Shown: piece by piece, positions 39,726 to 48,975 of the stretch
Layout of the letters: every line of letters begins with the position of its first letter
Position numbering within the stretch: the first letter of the stretch is position 1
Assembly (NCBI GenBank): GCA_963662285.2
Contig: CAXXMV010000008.1
Location: forward strand, 736,001 to 800,000
Length of the DNA: 64,000 nt
Direction of reading: 5' to 3'
Origin: a bacterium
Lineage (GTDB): Bacteria; Hinthialibacterota; Hinthialibacteria; Hinthialibacterales; Hinthialibacteraceae
Made by a program: the position numbers and the translations under genes
Notes under the pieces: generated by a model
Databases searched by the model: none
Seen by the model: only the letters and a program-made list of their open reading frames with translations
What the model was told of the DNA's origin: nothing

Positions 39726-40550
39726 TTATATAAGCGCTTTGAGATGTTTAATGCTGCGTTCGGCCTGCTCGACCGTTCCGCATTCAACCGAGAAGACGAT
39801 ATCACGTTCAAGTTTCTGGCATATTTCTACCACCTTAGCCCAATCAATCACGCCATCACCACAGGCGCAGCCCACCGGCGTACCGGAAACCTGCCCTCTT
39901 TCCGCTTCGGATTGTTGGATGGAAATGTCCTTGGCATGCAGATGAATCAAGCGGTCAGCCACATGTTCCAACCATGCGATAGGATCCTGACCCGCTATAT
40001 AGGCGTTACCTGTATCAAAATTAATGCCTATGGCTGGCGAATCAACCAGTTCATACAACCGGTCCAGTCCATCAGGCGTCTTACTATATTGCTGATGGTT
40101 TTCGATGCCGATTTCGATGCCGCGCGGTTCAGCAACTTTGGCCGCTTCTTTTAAGACATATTTCATTAAGACATGATCTTCTTCGACTGTAGTCCAATCC
40201 GATTTGGGACCCTCATCAGAATTAACGATAGTAGTTCCAATTTCTGCCGCAAAACGGATGGCTTGCTTCAGATATTCCGTACTGATTTCCGGTTTACATA
40301 ACGGTGAATGGCCTGATAAACTGCAAACGCCGATGCCCGCTTTTTTACATGCATTCTTTATACGGTAAGGATCATCCAACATCGAGACGCTATGAAAATA
40401 CCCCGCCTCACTCAACAGCTCGCGTCCCCAATGCACCATTGGCTCCACAAAATCATAACCCAATTCGGCGGCCTTCTCGACGCCCCACTCAAACGACTTG
40501 TCCGCACTGCGGACAAACTCCATATTTACGCTTAAAGATATTTTTCCCAT
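39726..40550 (-). CDS. Sugar phosphate isomerase/epimerase (TIM barrel)
   Basis: IENH, NFDTGN, HLHAKD, SVE metal ligands. Confidence 0.9.
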   Translation of the reverse strand: MGKISLSVNMEFVRSADKSFEWGVEKAAELGYDFVEPMVHWGRELLSEAGYFHSVSMLDDPYRIKNACKKAGIGVCSLSGHSPLCKPEISTEYLKQAIRFAAEIGTTIVNSDEGPKSDWTTVEEDHVLMKYVLKEAAKVAEPRGIEIGIENHQQYSKTPDGLDRLYELVDSPAIGINFDTGNAYIAGQDPIAWLEHVADRLIHLHAKDISIQQSEAERGQVSGTPVGCACGDGVIDWAKVVEICQKLERDIVFSVECGTVEQAERSIKHLKALI

Positions 40551-40729
40551 ATCAATAATCTCCTTTCAATTCAGAATCATACTCAATAGTATTAAAATTA
40601 GGTTGAACAAGATCAAACAACACGCAACACCCATATTCTTGCGTTATTGTTACATTAATGATATATTTTAGTCTACCCTGTGTCGTCTGTTTTTCTTCAG
40701 TGAAGGATTTTAAACATCCGGTGACCAAC

Positions 40730-41758
40730 ATGCCCAAGCATCCCTATATATACCAGGAACACGGAAACACTTATCAAGCAGATACTTGCGAAGACCTCAG
40801 CGCAGCGGTTCAAGCGGGAAACGTGCGGCTTGAAGCGCTGGCGAGGGGCAGTTATCCCGGCCAAAGATTAGAACATCTCACCCTCCCCGGCATAAAAAGC
40901 ATCGGATTCTGGGACGCCATTGGACCGCAAACATGGGGACTCGATTGGCACCGCAATGAAGGCATCGAACTGACTTATCTTGAGACGGGCAGTTTTTGCT
41001 TCTCAGTCAACGCTCATCAACATAGGCTCAAACCGGATGATTTAACCATCACCCGTCCCTGGCAGCCCCACCGCGTCGGCGATCCATACGTTGAAGCGGG
41101 CAGACTCCATTGGATCATCCTTGATGTGGATGTAAGACGCCCTAATCAGGACTGGAAATGGCCCAAGTGGCTCATCCTGAAAAAAGAGGACATCACCGAA
41201 CTGACCAACTTACTACGCCATAACGAGCAGCAAGTCTGGCGCTCCACATCCGACATCAGGCATTGCTTCAAAAAAATCGGCGCCGCCGTCGAGCAAGACC
41301 GTAACGGAAATCAAATATCACGCTTAACCGTATACATAAACGAACTATTCCTCCATCTTCTCGAAATGCTTAGAGAGAAGAACATTGATCTCAATCCATC
41401 ACTCTCCAGCACTCACCGGACAGTGGAACTATTCTTCGGAGACCTGAAATCAAACCGGGAAACGCTCTGTGAACCCTGGACAGTGGAAACCATGGCTCAA
41501 CAATGCGGCTTGGGCGTCACCTCGTTTGTGCACTATTGCAAACATCTTTTCAACACGACGCCTGCGCAATACCTTAACCAATTAAGAATCGAAGCGGCGA
41601 CCAGGCAATTAATCGATAATCCGCGATTAAGCATAACCGAAATTGCCTATTCTTCCGGATTCTGCTCCAGTCAATATTTCGCTACCGTTTTTAGGCGGCA
41701 TACGGGTTTCAGTCCCAAAGAATTCCGCGAACTCTATATCTCAAAGCGAAATATTTAG
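40730..41758 (+). CDS. AraC-family regulator
   Basis: N-terminal cupin HRNEGIE; ITEIAYSSGFCSSQYFATVFRRHTG. Confidence 0.92.
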   Translation: MPKHPYIYQEHGNTYQADTCEDLSAAVQAGNVRLEALARGSYPGQRLEHLTLPGIKSIGFWDAIGPQTWGLDWHRNEGIELTYLETGSFCFSVNAHQHRLKPDDLTITRPWQPHRVGDPYVEAGRLHWIILDVDVRRPNQDWKWPKWLILKKEDITELTNLLRHNEQQVWRSTSDIRHCFKKIGAAVEQDRNGNQISRLTVYINELFLHLLEMLREKNIDLNPSLSSTHRTVELFFGDLKSNRETLCEPWTVETMAQQCGLGVTSFVHYCKHLFNTTPAQYLNQLRIEAATRQLIDNPRLSITEIAYSSGFCSSQYFATVFRRHTGFSPKEFRELYISKRNI

Positions 41759-41799
41759 CAAAATCCGAATTGGGAATTACATTATTTTCAAATCCCACT

Positions 41800-41819
41800 T
41801 TATTACGTACACGTAATAA
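41800..41819. promoter_or_regulatory. Palindromic operator upstream of the MarR gene
   Basis: TTATTACGT-AC-ACGTAATAA; related TTTGT-GT-ACAAA at 42364-42375. Confidence 0.55.
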
Positions 41820-41845
41820 TATATAATATAAGTAAGGCATAAAAA

Positions 41846-42343
41846 ATGAAAACACAAAATAACCATATTTGTAACGATGTACTTATTGCAATAAGAAAAA
41901 TCACCCGGGCGATCGATATTCATTCAAAAGATTTGGTACGGAATTATGGAATAACCGGGCCGCAATTGCTTTTAATGCAGAATTTGAAAGAAAACGGACC
42001 GATTAATACAGGTGAAATTGCAAAACAAATACATCTAAGCAATGCAACTATAACAGATATCATAAATAGGCTGGAAAAACGCGCTTTTGTTGAGAGAACA
42101 CGTAATAAAAATGATAAAAGACAAATTAACGTTTCATTAACTTCATTGGGGAATGTAATACTCCAGAATGCGCCATCTCCTTTGCAAGAACGCTTTATTA
42201 CTGAATTTGACAGACTTGAGGCTTGGGAACAAAATTCCCTGCTTTCTTCCTTGCAACGAATCGCTTCAATGATGGAAGCTAAAGAAATTGAGGCTTCACC
42301 AATTTTGTTGACGGGGCCAATTACCGAATACGAAGATGATTAA
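41846..42343 (+). CDS. MarR-family regulator (EctR/CosR-like)
   Basis: LIAIRKITRAIDIHSK...GITGPQL, DKR wing, APSPLQERF...LSSLQRIASMM. Confidence 0.85.
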   Translation: MKTQNNHICNDVLIAIRKITRAIDIHSKDLVRNYGITGPQLLLMQNLKENGPINTGEIAKQIHLSNATITDIINRLEKRAFVERTRNKNDKRQINVSLTSLGNVILQNAPSPLQERFITEFDRLEAWEQNSLLSSLQRIASMMEAKEIEASPILLTGPITEYEDD

Positions 42344-42384
42344 ACAATTTTGCTTATAAATACTTTGTGTACAAATGAAATGAA

Positions 42385-43230
42385 ATGAAATTCATTATCA
42401 TAAGGAGTAATAAAATGATTAAGAGCAGTGAGATAGACATTGAACCCGATTTATATCTTCAAATCAGTGATGATATAAATGTCGACTTTCCAGAAAAAGG
42501 AAAAAAATATTCTCAGGATGAAGAGTTTTGTATAATTAATTTAGATGGTGTGGAAAAACGCGTCCGGTTCCACGATTATGACGAAGTCTATTCGATACCC
42601 GGACTATATGAAAAGATTTTTTATGAATATCTCCAATGTTGTTCGCATAAGACAGTTTGCGACCTTTTTTTTCAAGAATTAAAAAAACATCATTACTCCG
42701 CCAACCAGTTGCGCGTACTTGAAATCGGCGCTGGCAATGGAATGGTAGGAGAACAACTCCAGAAATCCTTCGTTAATAAGATCATTGGCATAGATATCTT
42801 GATCGAAGCCAAATTGGCCGCTTATCGTGATCGTCCAGAAGTGTATGATGATTACTATGCAATTGATTTAACCGAAATACCCCGCCAAATTGAAGAAGAA
42901 ATCCTGCAACACAATTTAAACAGCATGGTATCCGTCGCCGCTCTGGGATTTGATGATTTACCTCCCCTGGCTTACGCCAAGGCCTTCAATTTGATTTCAG
43001 AAAATGGATGGATTGCGCTTAATATCAAAGATGAGTTCTTAAGCGAAAAAGACGAATCTGGTTTCTCTAAATTGATCAAAAGAATGATTAAAGAAGAGAT
43101 TCTCACCATTAACGCCCAAAAAAAATATCAACACCGCTTAGCCACAGATAATTCGCCGCTTTATTACTACGCCATAATTGGACAAAAACAAGCGGATATT
43201 CCACTAGAATTATTATCCCGGCTAACCTGA
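42385..43230 (+). CDS. Class I SAM-dependent methyltransferase
   Basis: VLEIGAGNG...IGIDI. Confidence 0.8.
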   Translation: MKFIIIRSNKMIKSSEIDIEPDLYLQISDDINVDFPEKGKKYSQDEEFCIINLDGVEKRVRFHDYDEVYSIPGLYEKIFYEYLQCCSHKTVCDLFFQELKKHHYSANQLRVLEIGAGNGMVGEQLQKSFVNKIIGIDILIEAKLAAYRDRPEVYDDYYAIDLTEIPRQIEEEILQHNLNSMVSVAALGFDDLPPLAYAKAFNLISENGWIALNIKDEFLSEKDESGFSKLIKRMIKEEILTINAQKKYQHRLATDNSPLYYYAIIGQKQADIPLELLSRLT

Positions 43231-43241
43231 ATTCAAAATCT

Positions 43242-44003
43242 ATGATCAGATTATCAAATGTATCCAAATCATTCGATGACGGAGACCATTATGCAGTCAA
43301 GAACATTTCTCTGAATATTCAAAAAGGGGAAACCTTAGTACTATTAGGATCTTCAGGGTGCGGTAAAACCACCACCCTGAAGATGATCAACCGTTTAATT
43401 GAACCTTCCGGTGGATGCATAGAAATTGATGAACGCGACGCGGCAACCATTGACCCTATCGAATTAAAACGTTCCATAGGTTATGTTTTCCAGGGAATCG
43501 GGTTATTCCCTCATTTATCTGTTGAAGAAAATGTTTCAATCGTTCTTCGTCTTATGGGAAAATCCAAAAGCGAAAGAGAAGCGTCTGCACAGGAATGGCT
43601 GGAAATAGTCAGTCTGGATCCCGGTCTATACGCAAAACGTTATCCGCATGAATTGTCTGGTGGACAACAACAGAGAGTAGGAGTAGCCCGCGCTTTAGCC
43701 GCCAATCCAGATTATCTTCTTATGGACGAACCATTCGGGGCCTTGGACGCCATAACTCGCGATGCCTTGCAACAAGAATTGTTAACCATAAAAAACCGGG
43801 TGGCCAAAACCATTGTTTTCGTAACCCACGATCTTTTTGAAGCCCTGACATTAGCTGATCAAATCGCTGTAATGAATGATGGGATAATTGAACAAGTCGG
43901 CCATCCCGATGAATTGATGCAATCTCCAGCCACCAATTTTGTATACCAATTATTTGAAAAACCAGGAAGGCAACTAAGGTTATTACATGAGAACAATCGA
44001 TGA
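43242..44003 (+). CDS. Osmoprotectant ABC transporter ATPase (OpuC-type)
   Basis: GSSGCGKTTTLKMINRL, LSGGQQQR, LMDEPFGALD. Confidence 0.92.
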   Translation: MIRLSNVSKSFDDGDHYAVKNISLNIQKGETLVLLGSSGCGKTTTLKMINRLIEPSGGCIEIDERDAATIDPIELKRSIGYVFQGIGLFPHLSVEENVSIVLRLMGKSKSEREASAQEWLEIVSLDPGLYAKRYPHELSGGQQQRVGVARALAANPDYLLMDEPFGALDAITRDALQQELLTIKNRVAKTIVFVTHDLFEALTLADQIAVMNDGIIEQVGHPDELMQSPATNFVYQLFEKPGRQLRLLHENNR

Positions 44004-44638
44004 ATGATTCCCTTTACCTTTTCCTTTTAAATCACTTGCCTGCTTTGGGTCAAAAAACCATGGAACATTTTATCCTCACCGGGATCGCCGTATCAGGCGC
44101 TATTCTGATAGGCATCCCCTTCGGAATATTGGCCTCCAGACGCATCATGGTAAGGAAAATTTTCTTCACCATCGCAGGAATAATCCAAACGATTCCCAGC
44201 CTGGCTATGCTGGCTTTTTTACTGCCCTTCTTAGGTATTGGCGTTATTCCCGCTATTGTTGCTCTGATATTATATGCTTTGCTGCCTATCTCCAGAAATA
44301 CCTACACGGGTATCACTGAAATCGATCCCTCGATCCTAGAGGCATCCGACGGATTAGGTTTTTCCCATAATCAACGATTATACCTGGTAGAAATCCCTAT
44401 CGCTTTACCGACCATCATTGCCGGAATTCGAACAGCAGCGGTTATCTGCGTGGGAGTTGCAACTCTCTCAGCATTTATCGGCGCAGGCGGATTGGGTGAT
44501 TTTATCAACCGCGGGCTTTCGATGAATAACACCCGCTTAATTCTACTGGGCGCCATTCCTTCCGGTATCATGGCCATCGCCCTGGATATAACTATAGGAG
44601 CAATTGAACATAAGTTTTCTTGGAAAAATAAATCATGA
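44000..44638 (+). CDS. Osmoprotectant ABC transporter permease
   Basis: QTIPSLA, YALLPI.RNT, IGAGGLG. Confidence 0.92.
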   Translation: MNDSLYLFLLNHLPALGQKTMEHFILTGIAVSGAILIGIPFGILASRRIMVRKIFFTIAGIIQTIPSLAMLAFLLPFLGIGVIPAIVALILYALLPISRNTYTGITEIDPSILEASDGLGFSHNQRLYLVEIPIALPTIIAGIRTAAVICVGVATLSAFIGAGGLGDFINRGLSMNNTRLILLGAIPSGIMAIALDITIGAIEHKFSWKNKS

Positions 44639-45540
44639 CGCCCAATATAAATTTGATTAAATCACTCTGGTCTGGAATTATATTATTTGGTTTTTTCTTA
44701 ACGCTGCATCAATGCGGAGCAATTGATAAAGAAAAGACGCTGGTGCTGGGATGTAAAAATTTCACCGAACAGATCATTCTCGGAGAGATCATTGCTCAGG
44801 CGATTGAAGACAATACCGATTTATCAGTGATGCGTAAGTGGAATCTTGGTGGAACGATGATTTGCCATCAAGCTTTAATATCGGGCGAGATCGATCTTTA
44901 TCCTGAATACACCGGAACCGCTTATATCAATATTCTTAATAATCAACATATCAAAGATGCCACTGACACATATCAAATTGTTCAAAGCGCTTACCAGAAA
45001 AAATTTCAGTGTAAATGGCTGCCTCCATTCGGCATCAACAATACCTACACCATTACCGTTCGTAAATCTGATGCTATCCAAAGAAAATGGCGAACCATCA
45101 GTGACCTTAAACTGGATTCTATAAATTTATCCGCCGGATTCACCTCTGAATTCATGGTGCGTCATGATGGCTACCCCCAATTAAAACAAAAATATAATCT
45201 AGATTTCGCTAAAGTTGTTGATCTCGAACCGGGATTAATGTACCAGGCTATCGCCAACAATAATATTGATGTTATCTGCGGCTTCTCAACCGATGGCCGG
45301 ATTCCCGCATTTGATTTAGTCTCCTTGAAAGATGACTTGCATTTCTTTCCTCCATATTATGCAGCGCCTGTGATAAGATTGGACGCTCTGCAAAAACATC
45401 CTGAACTCAAACAAATATTTGATAAATTATCTCATTCCATTGATAACAAAAAAATGCAAGAAATGAATCTCCTGGTTGACGAAAAGAAGATCAATCCCAC
45501 AATTGTCGCCCAAAATTTCCTGCAAGAATTTAACTTCTGA
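44635..45540 (+). CDS. Glycine betaine/choline-binding protein
   Basis: KNFTEQ, YPEYTGT, NNTY, TDGRI, FFPPY. Confidence 0.92.
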   Translation: MTPNINLIKSLWSGIILFGFFLTLHQCGAIDKEKTLVLGCKNFTEQIILGEIIAQAIEDNTDLSVMRKWNLGGTMICHQALISGEIDLYPEYTGTAYINILNNQHIKDATDTYQIVQSAYQKKFQCKWLPPFGINNTYTITVRKSDAIQRKWRTISDLKLDSINLSAGFTSEFMVRHDGYPQLKQKYNLDFAKVVDLEPGLMYQAIANNNIDVICGFSTDGRIPAFDLVSLKDDLHFFPPYYAAPVIRLDALQKHPELKQIFDKLSHSIDNKKMQEMNLLVDEKKINPTIVAQNFLQEFNF

Positions 45541-45743
45541 AACAAAAAAAAGTTGCCCATAGGTTGATACCACATTCACAAACCTTCTGAATGATTTATA
45601 GTTAAAAGGTTAACATAATATTTTCATCTTTAACACTCATTCAAATATCTCCAAAATGGTATATAATCTATCTATGCAAGCAATATGATCAGATCAAATA
45701 TATTTTAGAATACACCAAATCAAGTGTAACGTTGTGATCCATC

Positions 45744-46514
45744 ATGAATATTAAAAACAAGAACGACTGGTGTTTCAGGTTTTTTAACAATCCCGATTAC
45801 CTGGACATCTACCGCGACATGACCGGTCCAGCCAGAACGGATCAGGAAATCGATTTCTGCTCTAAAGTACTACAGTGGAAAAAAGGCCAGGCAATCCTTG
45901 ATTCTCCATGCGGCGCGGGACGCCATTCATTTGAATTATCCAGACGCGGCTACAGCGTCACAGGACTGGATTTCTCCTCATACCTTCTGGAGCAAGCCCA
46001 TAACAATATTCAGCAACTCAATGGAACAAGACCTGTTTTCGTCAGGGGTTTACTTCAACAACTCCCCTTCCCAGAAGACTCATTTGATTACCTGGTCTGT
46101 CTATTCAGCAGTTATGGCTATGGAGAGAGCGACTATGAAAACTTTGTTGTAATGCAAGAGTTCAACCGCGTCCTGCGGCCTGGAGGAAAATTGCTCATTG
46201 ATGTAATGAACCGCCATTTCATCGTTCCCCGGTTAAATGCAGTGTATGAGTCGGTTCAATCCAACTTAAAAGTACGCGAAGAACGCTCCTTCTCCGATAA
46301 CGGACGCCGCCTGCATAACTGCATAAACGTTGAAGACGCCAACGGCGCCAAACGGCAGTATTATTACCGCCCCTGGCTATTCAATGGCTGGGAACTTTCT
46401 TTATTCGCTACGCAGGCGGGATTATCAGTCGACGCGGTTTATGGCAACTTTCAGGCTGATCCATACAACGAAAACAGCGAAAGAGCCATGCTAGTCGCTG
46501 AAAAAAAATCATAA
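45744..46514 (+). CDS. Class I SAM-dependent methyltransferase
   Basis: ILDSPCGAGRH, GLDFS, VLRPGG. Confidence 0.88.
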   Translation: MNIKNKNDWCFRFFNNPDYLDIYRDMTGPARTDQEIDFCSKVLQWKKGQAILDSPCGAGRHSFELSRRGYSVTGLDFSSYLLEQAHNNIQQLNGTRPVFVRGLLQQLPFPEDSFDYLVCLFSSYGYGESDYENFVVMQEFNRVLRPGGKLLIDVMNRHFIVPRLNAVYESVQSNLKVREERSFSDNGRRLHNCINVEDANGAKRQYYYRPWLFNGWELSLFATQAGLSVDAVYGNFQADPYNENSERAMLVAEKKS

Positions 46515-46522
46515 CTCATTCT

Positions 46523-48289
46523 ATGAATGATCCGGGAAAACCACAAGCATATTTCATCGGCAGCGGTTGGGGATGCAGCGAACGCTCAGGTTTCCGTTGC
46601 GTCGCCGATCACATAATCCAGGCCGATTCCATCGACCAGGTAATACCTGCATTGCAAGAAATTGAACAACGCACGCATGATGGTTGGTATGCTTTCGGCT
46701 ACATAGCCTACGAAGCAGCAGCAGCCTTTGGATTACCGGTTTTAACAAATCCATCAGGCCATCCACCACTTTTATGGTTTGGATTATGCAAAACCAATAA
46801 TATCCAGCAGATTGAAATCAGCGACATTGCCATTAGTTCACCGCAATACACCCCACCTGAACTCAAGATAAACCTTACCGAAGAATCCTATATCAGAACA
46901 ATCGCCCGGATAAAACAGCATATCGAACGCGGTGAAACCTATCAGGTCAACTACACTGTTCGCGCAAACTGCATCGGCGCAGAATCAGGCCTGGATTTAT
47001 TTACATACTTATATAGGGCGCAGCCGATTCCCTACGCCGCCTTCATCCAAGACAACGACTGGCAAATCCATTCGCTCTCCCCAGAATTATTCCTCAACAA
47101 ACACAGTTCATTGATTGAATCACGCCCCATCAAAGGAACCATCGGGCGGGGATTGACGCCTGAGCAGGATCAACAAAAAATCGGGCAATTAAAACATAGC
47201 GCCAAAGATCAAGCTGAGAACATCATGATTCTCGACATGATGCGCAATGATTTAGGGCGCATTTGTAAATTGGGCAGCGTCCAATCCCAGAACATTTGCC
47301 GCATGGAGCGCTACCGCTCTCTCTTCCACCTGACCAGCTCAGTGCAGGGAGTACTATCAGATGATTCAACATTGACCAGTATATTCCAAGCAACATTTCC
47401 CGCCGCCTCCATAACCGGCGCTCCCAAGCACCGCACTATGGACATAATCCGCAATTACGAAGACTCGCCCCGCAGCATATATTGCGGCGCCATAGGTTTT
47501 ATCAAACCTGATGGAGATTTCACCTTCAATGTAGCCATTCGTACGATGTACGGTTCAGCGGATGAATACACTCTTGGAGTAGGTGGAGGCATCATCTGGG
47601 ATTCCGATCCACAGATGGAATATGAAGAGGTTAAAACAAAAATGGCCTTCGCCCGAAAGCTGCCAGCCGATTTCCAGTTAATCGAAACGTTGCGGTTGAA
47701 CCAGGATGGAGTTTACTCTTTTTTAGATGAACACCTGAAACGATTATCCCAATCAGCCAACTACTGGGATTATCCCTGTGATGCAAACGCCGCGCAAAAC
47801 GCTCTGCTGGAATATGCTAAAAGCGTTCTTGAACCACCCGCAGCTATCCGTATTGCCCTAAACGCCCAAGGCGGCACAACCATCAACCACCGGCCAATAA
47901 CTCAACCGCCGACAAACCTTCGCGTACAAATTTCATCCACCACGGTAGATTCAAACAATGTTTTCCTATACCACAAAACAACCAACCGTGAATTCTATAA
48001 CAACGCCAGAACAGCCGGACTCAAGCAGGGCTTCTTCGAAACCATATTCGCCAATCAACATAACCACATAACAGAGGGATGCATCACCAACATCTTCTAC
48101 CGTATCGGCGACCACTGGTTTACCCCGCCAATAGAAGACGGCCTGCTTGCCGGAATATGGAGAAGCCAATTCATGACAGAAACCAACGCCGCAGAAAAAT
48201 CCATCACCTCTGAAAAACTAAAAACCGCCGACCAAATCATCATAGGAAATTCGGTCAGCGGCTCAATGATTGTCAATCAAATAGACTAA
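46523..48289 (+). CDS. pabB: Fused aminodeoxychorismate synthase component I / ADC lyase (PabB-PabC)
   Basis: GETYQVN, SPELF, PIKGT, ITGAPK, NVAIRT; C-terminal class IV aminotransferase HKTTNR, EGCITN, GLLAG. Confidence 0.9.
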   Translation: MNDPGKPQAYFIGSGWGCSERSGFRCVADHIIQADSIDQVIPALQEIEQRTHDGWYAFGYIAYEAAAAFGLPVLTNPSGHPPLLWFGLCKTNNIQQIEISDIAISSPQYTPPELKINLTEESYIRTIARIKQHIERGETYQVNYTVRANCIGAESGLDLFTYLYRAQPIPYAAFIQDNDWQIHSLSPELFLNKHSSLIESRPIKGTIGRGLTPEQDQQKIGQLKHSAKDQAENIMILDMMRNDLGRICKLGSVQSQNICRMERYRSLFHLTSSVQGVLSDDSTLTSIFQATFPAASITGAPKHRTMDIIRNYEDSPRSIYCGAIGFIKPDGDFTFNVAIRTMYGSADEYTLGVGGGIIWDSDPQMEYEEVKTKMAFARKLPADFQLIETLRLNQDGVYSFLDEHLKRLSQSANYWDYPCDANAAQNALLEYAKSVLEPPAAIRIALNAQGGTTINHRPITQPPTNLRVQISSTTVDSNNVFLYHKTTNREFYNNARTAGLKQGFFETIFANQHNHITEGCITNIFYRIGDHWFTPPIEDGLLAGIWRSQFMTETNAAEKSITSEKLKTADQIIIGNSVSGSMIVNQID

Positions 48290-48411
48290 TATTTCGTCCA
48301 ACTACATTATGTCATAAAACCAAGTCCCTTCTCCCTCCGGGCTGATCTTAACCCACAAATATCAATATGAGAGATTATGAGAAATCCAATTATCTGAATA
48401 TAGGACAATAA

Positions 48412-48975
48412 CGGGTGCCAAGGGCAGTGTATTTTCTGCCCTTGATTGAGTTTACCTCATTTATTTCCATGGTTTTTATCAACAATTAACATTGAATGAC
48501 GGGCGCCAAGGGCAAGACCGCAATGCGGTCAGCCCTTGATCAAGCCACCTTATCAAAAGGTAAGTTCACTCTAAATTCTCAATCCATAGGTTCAATCAAA
48601 TAAGTAACAATTTCCCCACCGCCAATAGCCAAGGGAAGAATCCCGTTATCCGATGAACCGCTAGCATCCTGAATAGGACGCTCGACCAAGTCGCGGGTGC
48701 CAAGGGCAGTGTATTTTCTGCCCTTGATTGAGTTTACCTCATTTATTTCCATGGTTTTTATCAACAATTAACATTGAATGACGGGCGCCAAGGGCAAGAC
48801 CGCAATGCGGTCAGCCCTTGATCAAGCCACCTTATCAAAAGGTAAGTTCACTCTAAATTCTCAATCCATAGGTTCAATCAAATAAGTAACAATTTCTCCT
48901 CCACTAATGGCAAATGGAAGAATCCCGTTATCCGATGTACCGCTAGCATCCTGAATGGGACGCTCAACCAAGTCG
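48412..48975. repeat. 282-bp tandem duplication containing REP-like palindromes and the 3' end of the GH38 gene
   Basis: Units start CGGGTGCCAAGGGC at 48412 and 48694; hairpins CAAGGGCAG...CTGCCCTTG. Confidence 0.92.

Noticed and set aside
48412-48825. CRISPR array from the recurring CAAGGGC...GCCCTTG palindromes
   Set aside because: The intervening sequences are duplicated rather than unique, repeats alternate between two types, and there are no cas genes
48579-48975. Duplicated GH38 3' end as a DGR TR/VR pair
   Set aside because: The 10 mismatches are not confined to adenines in either copy and are mostly synonymous; no RT nearby
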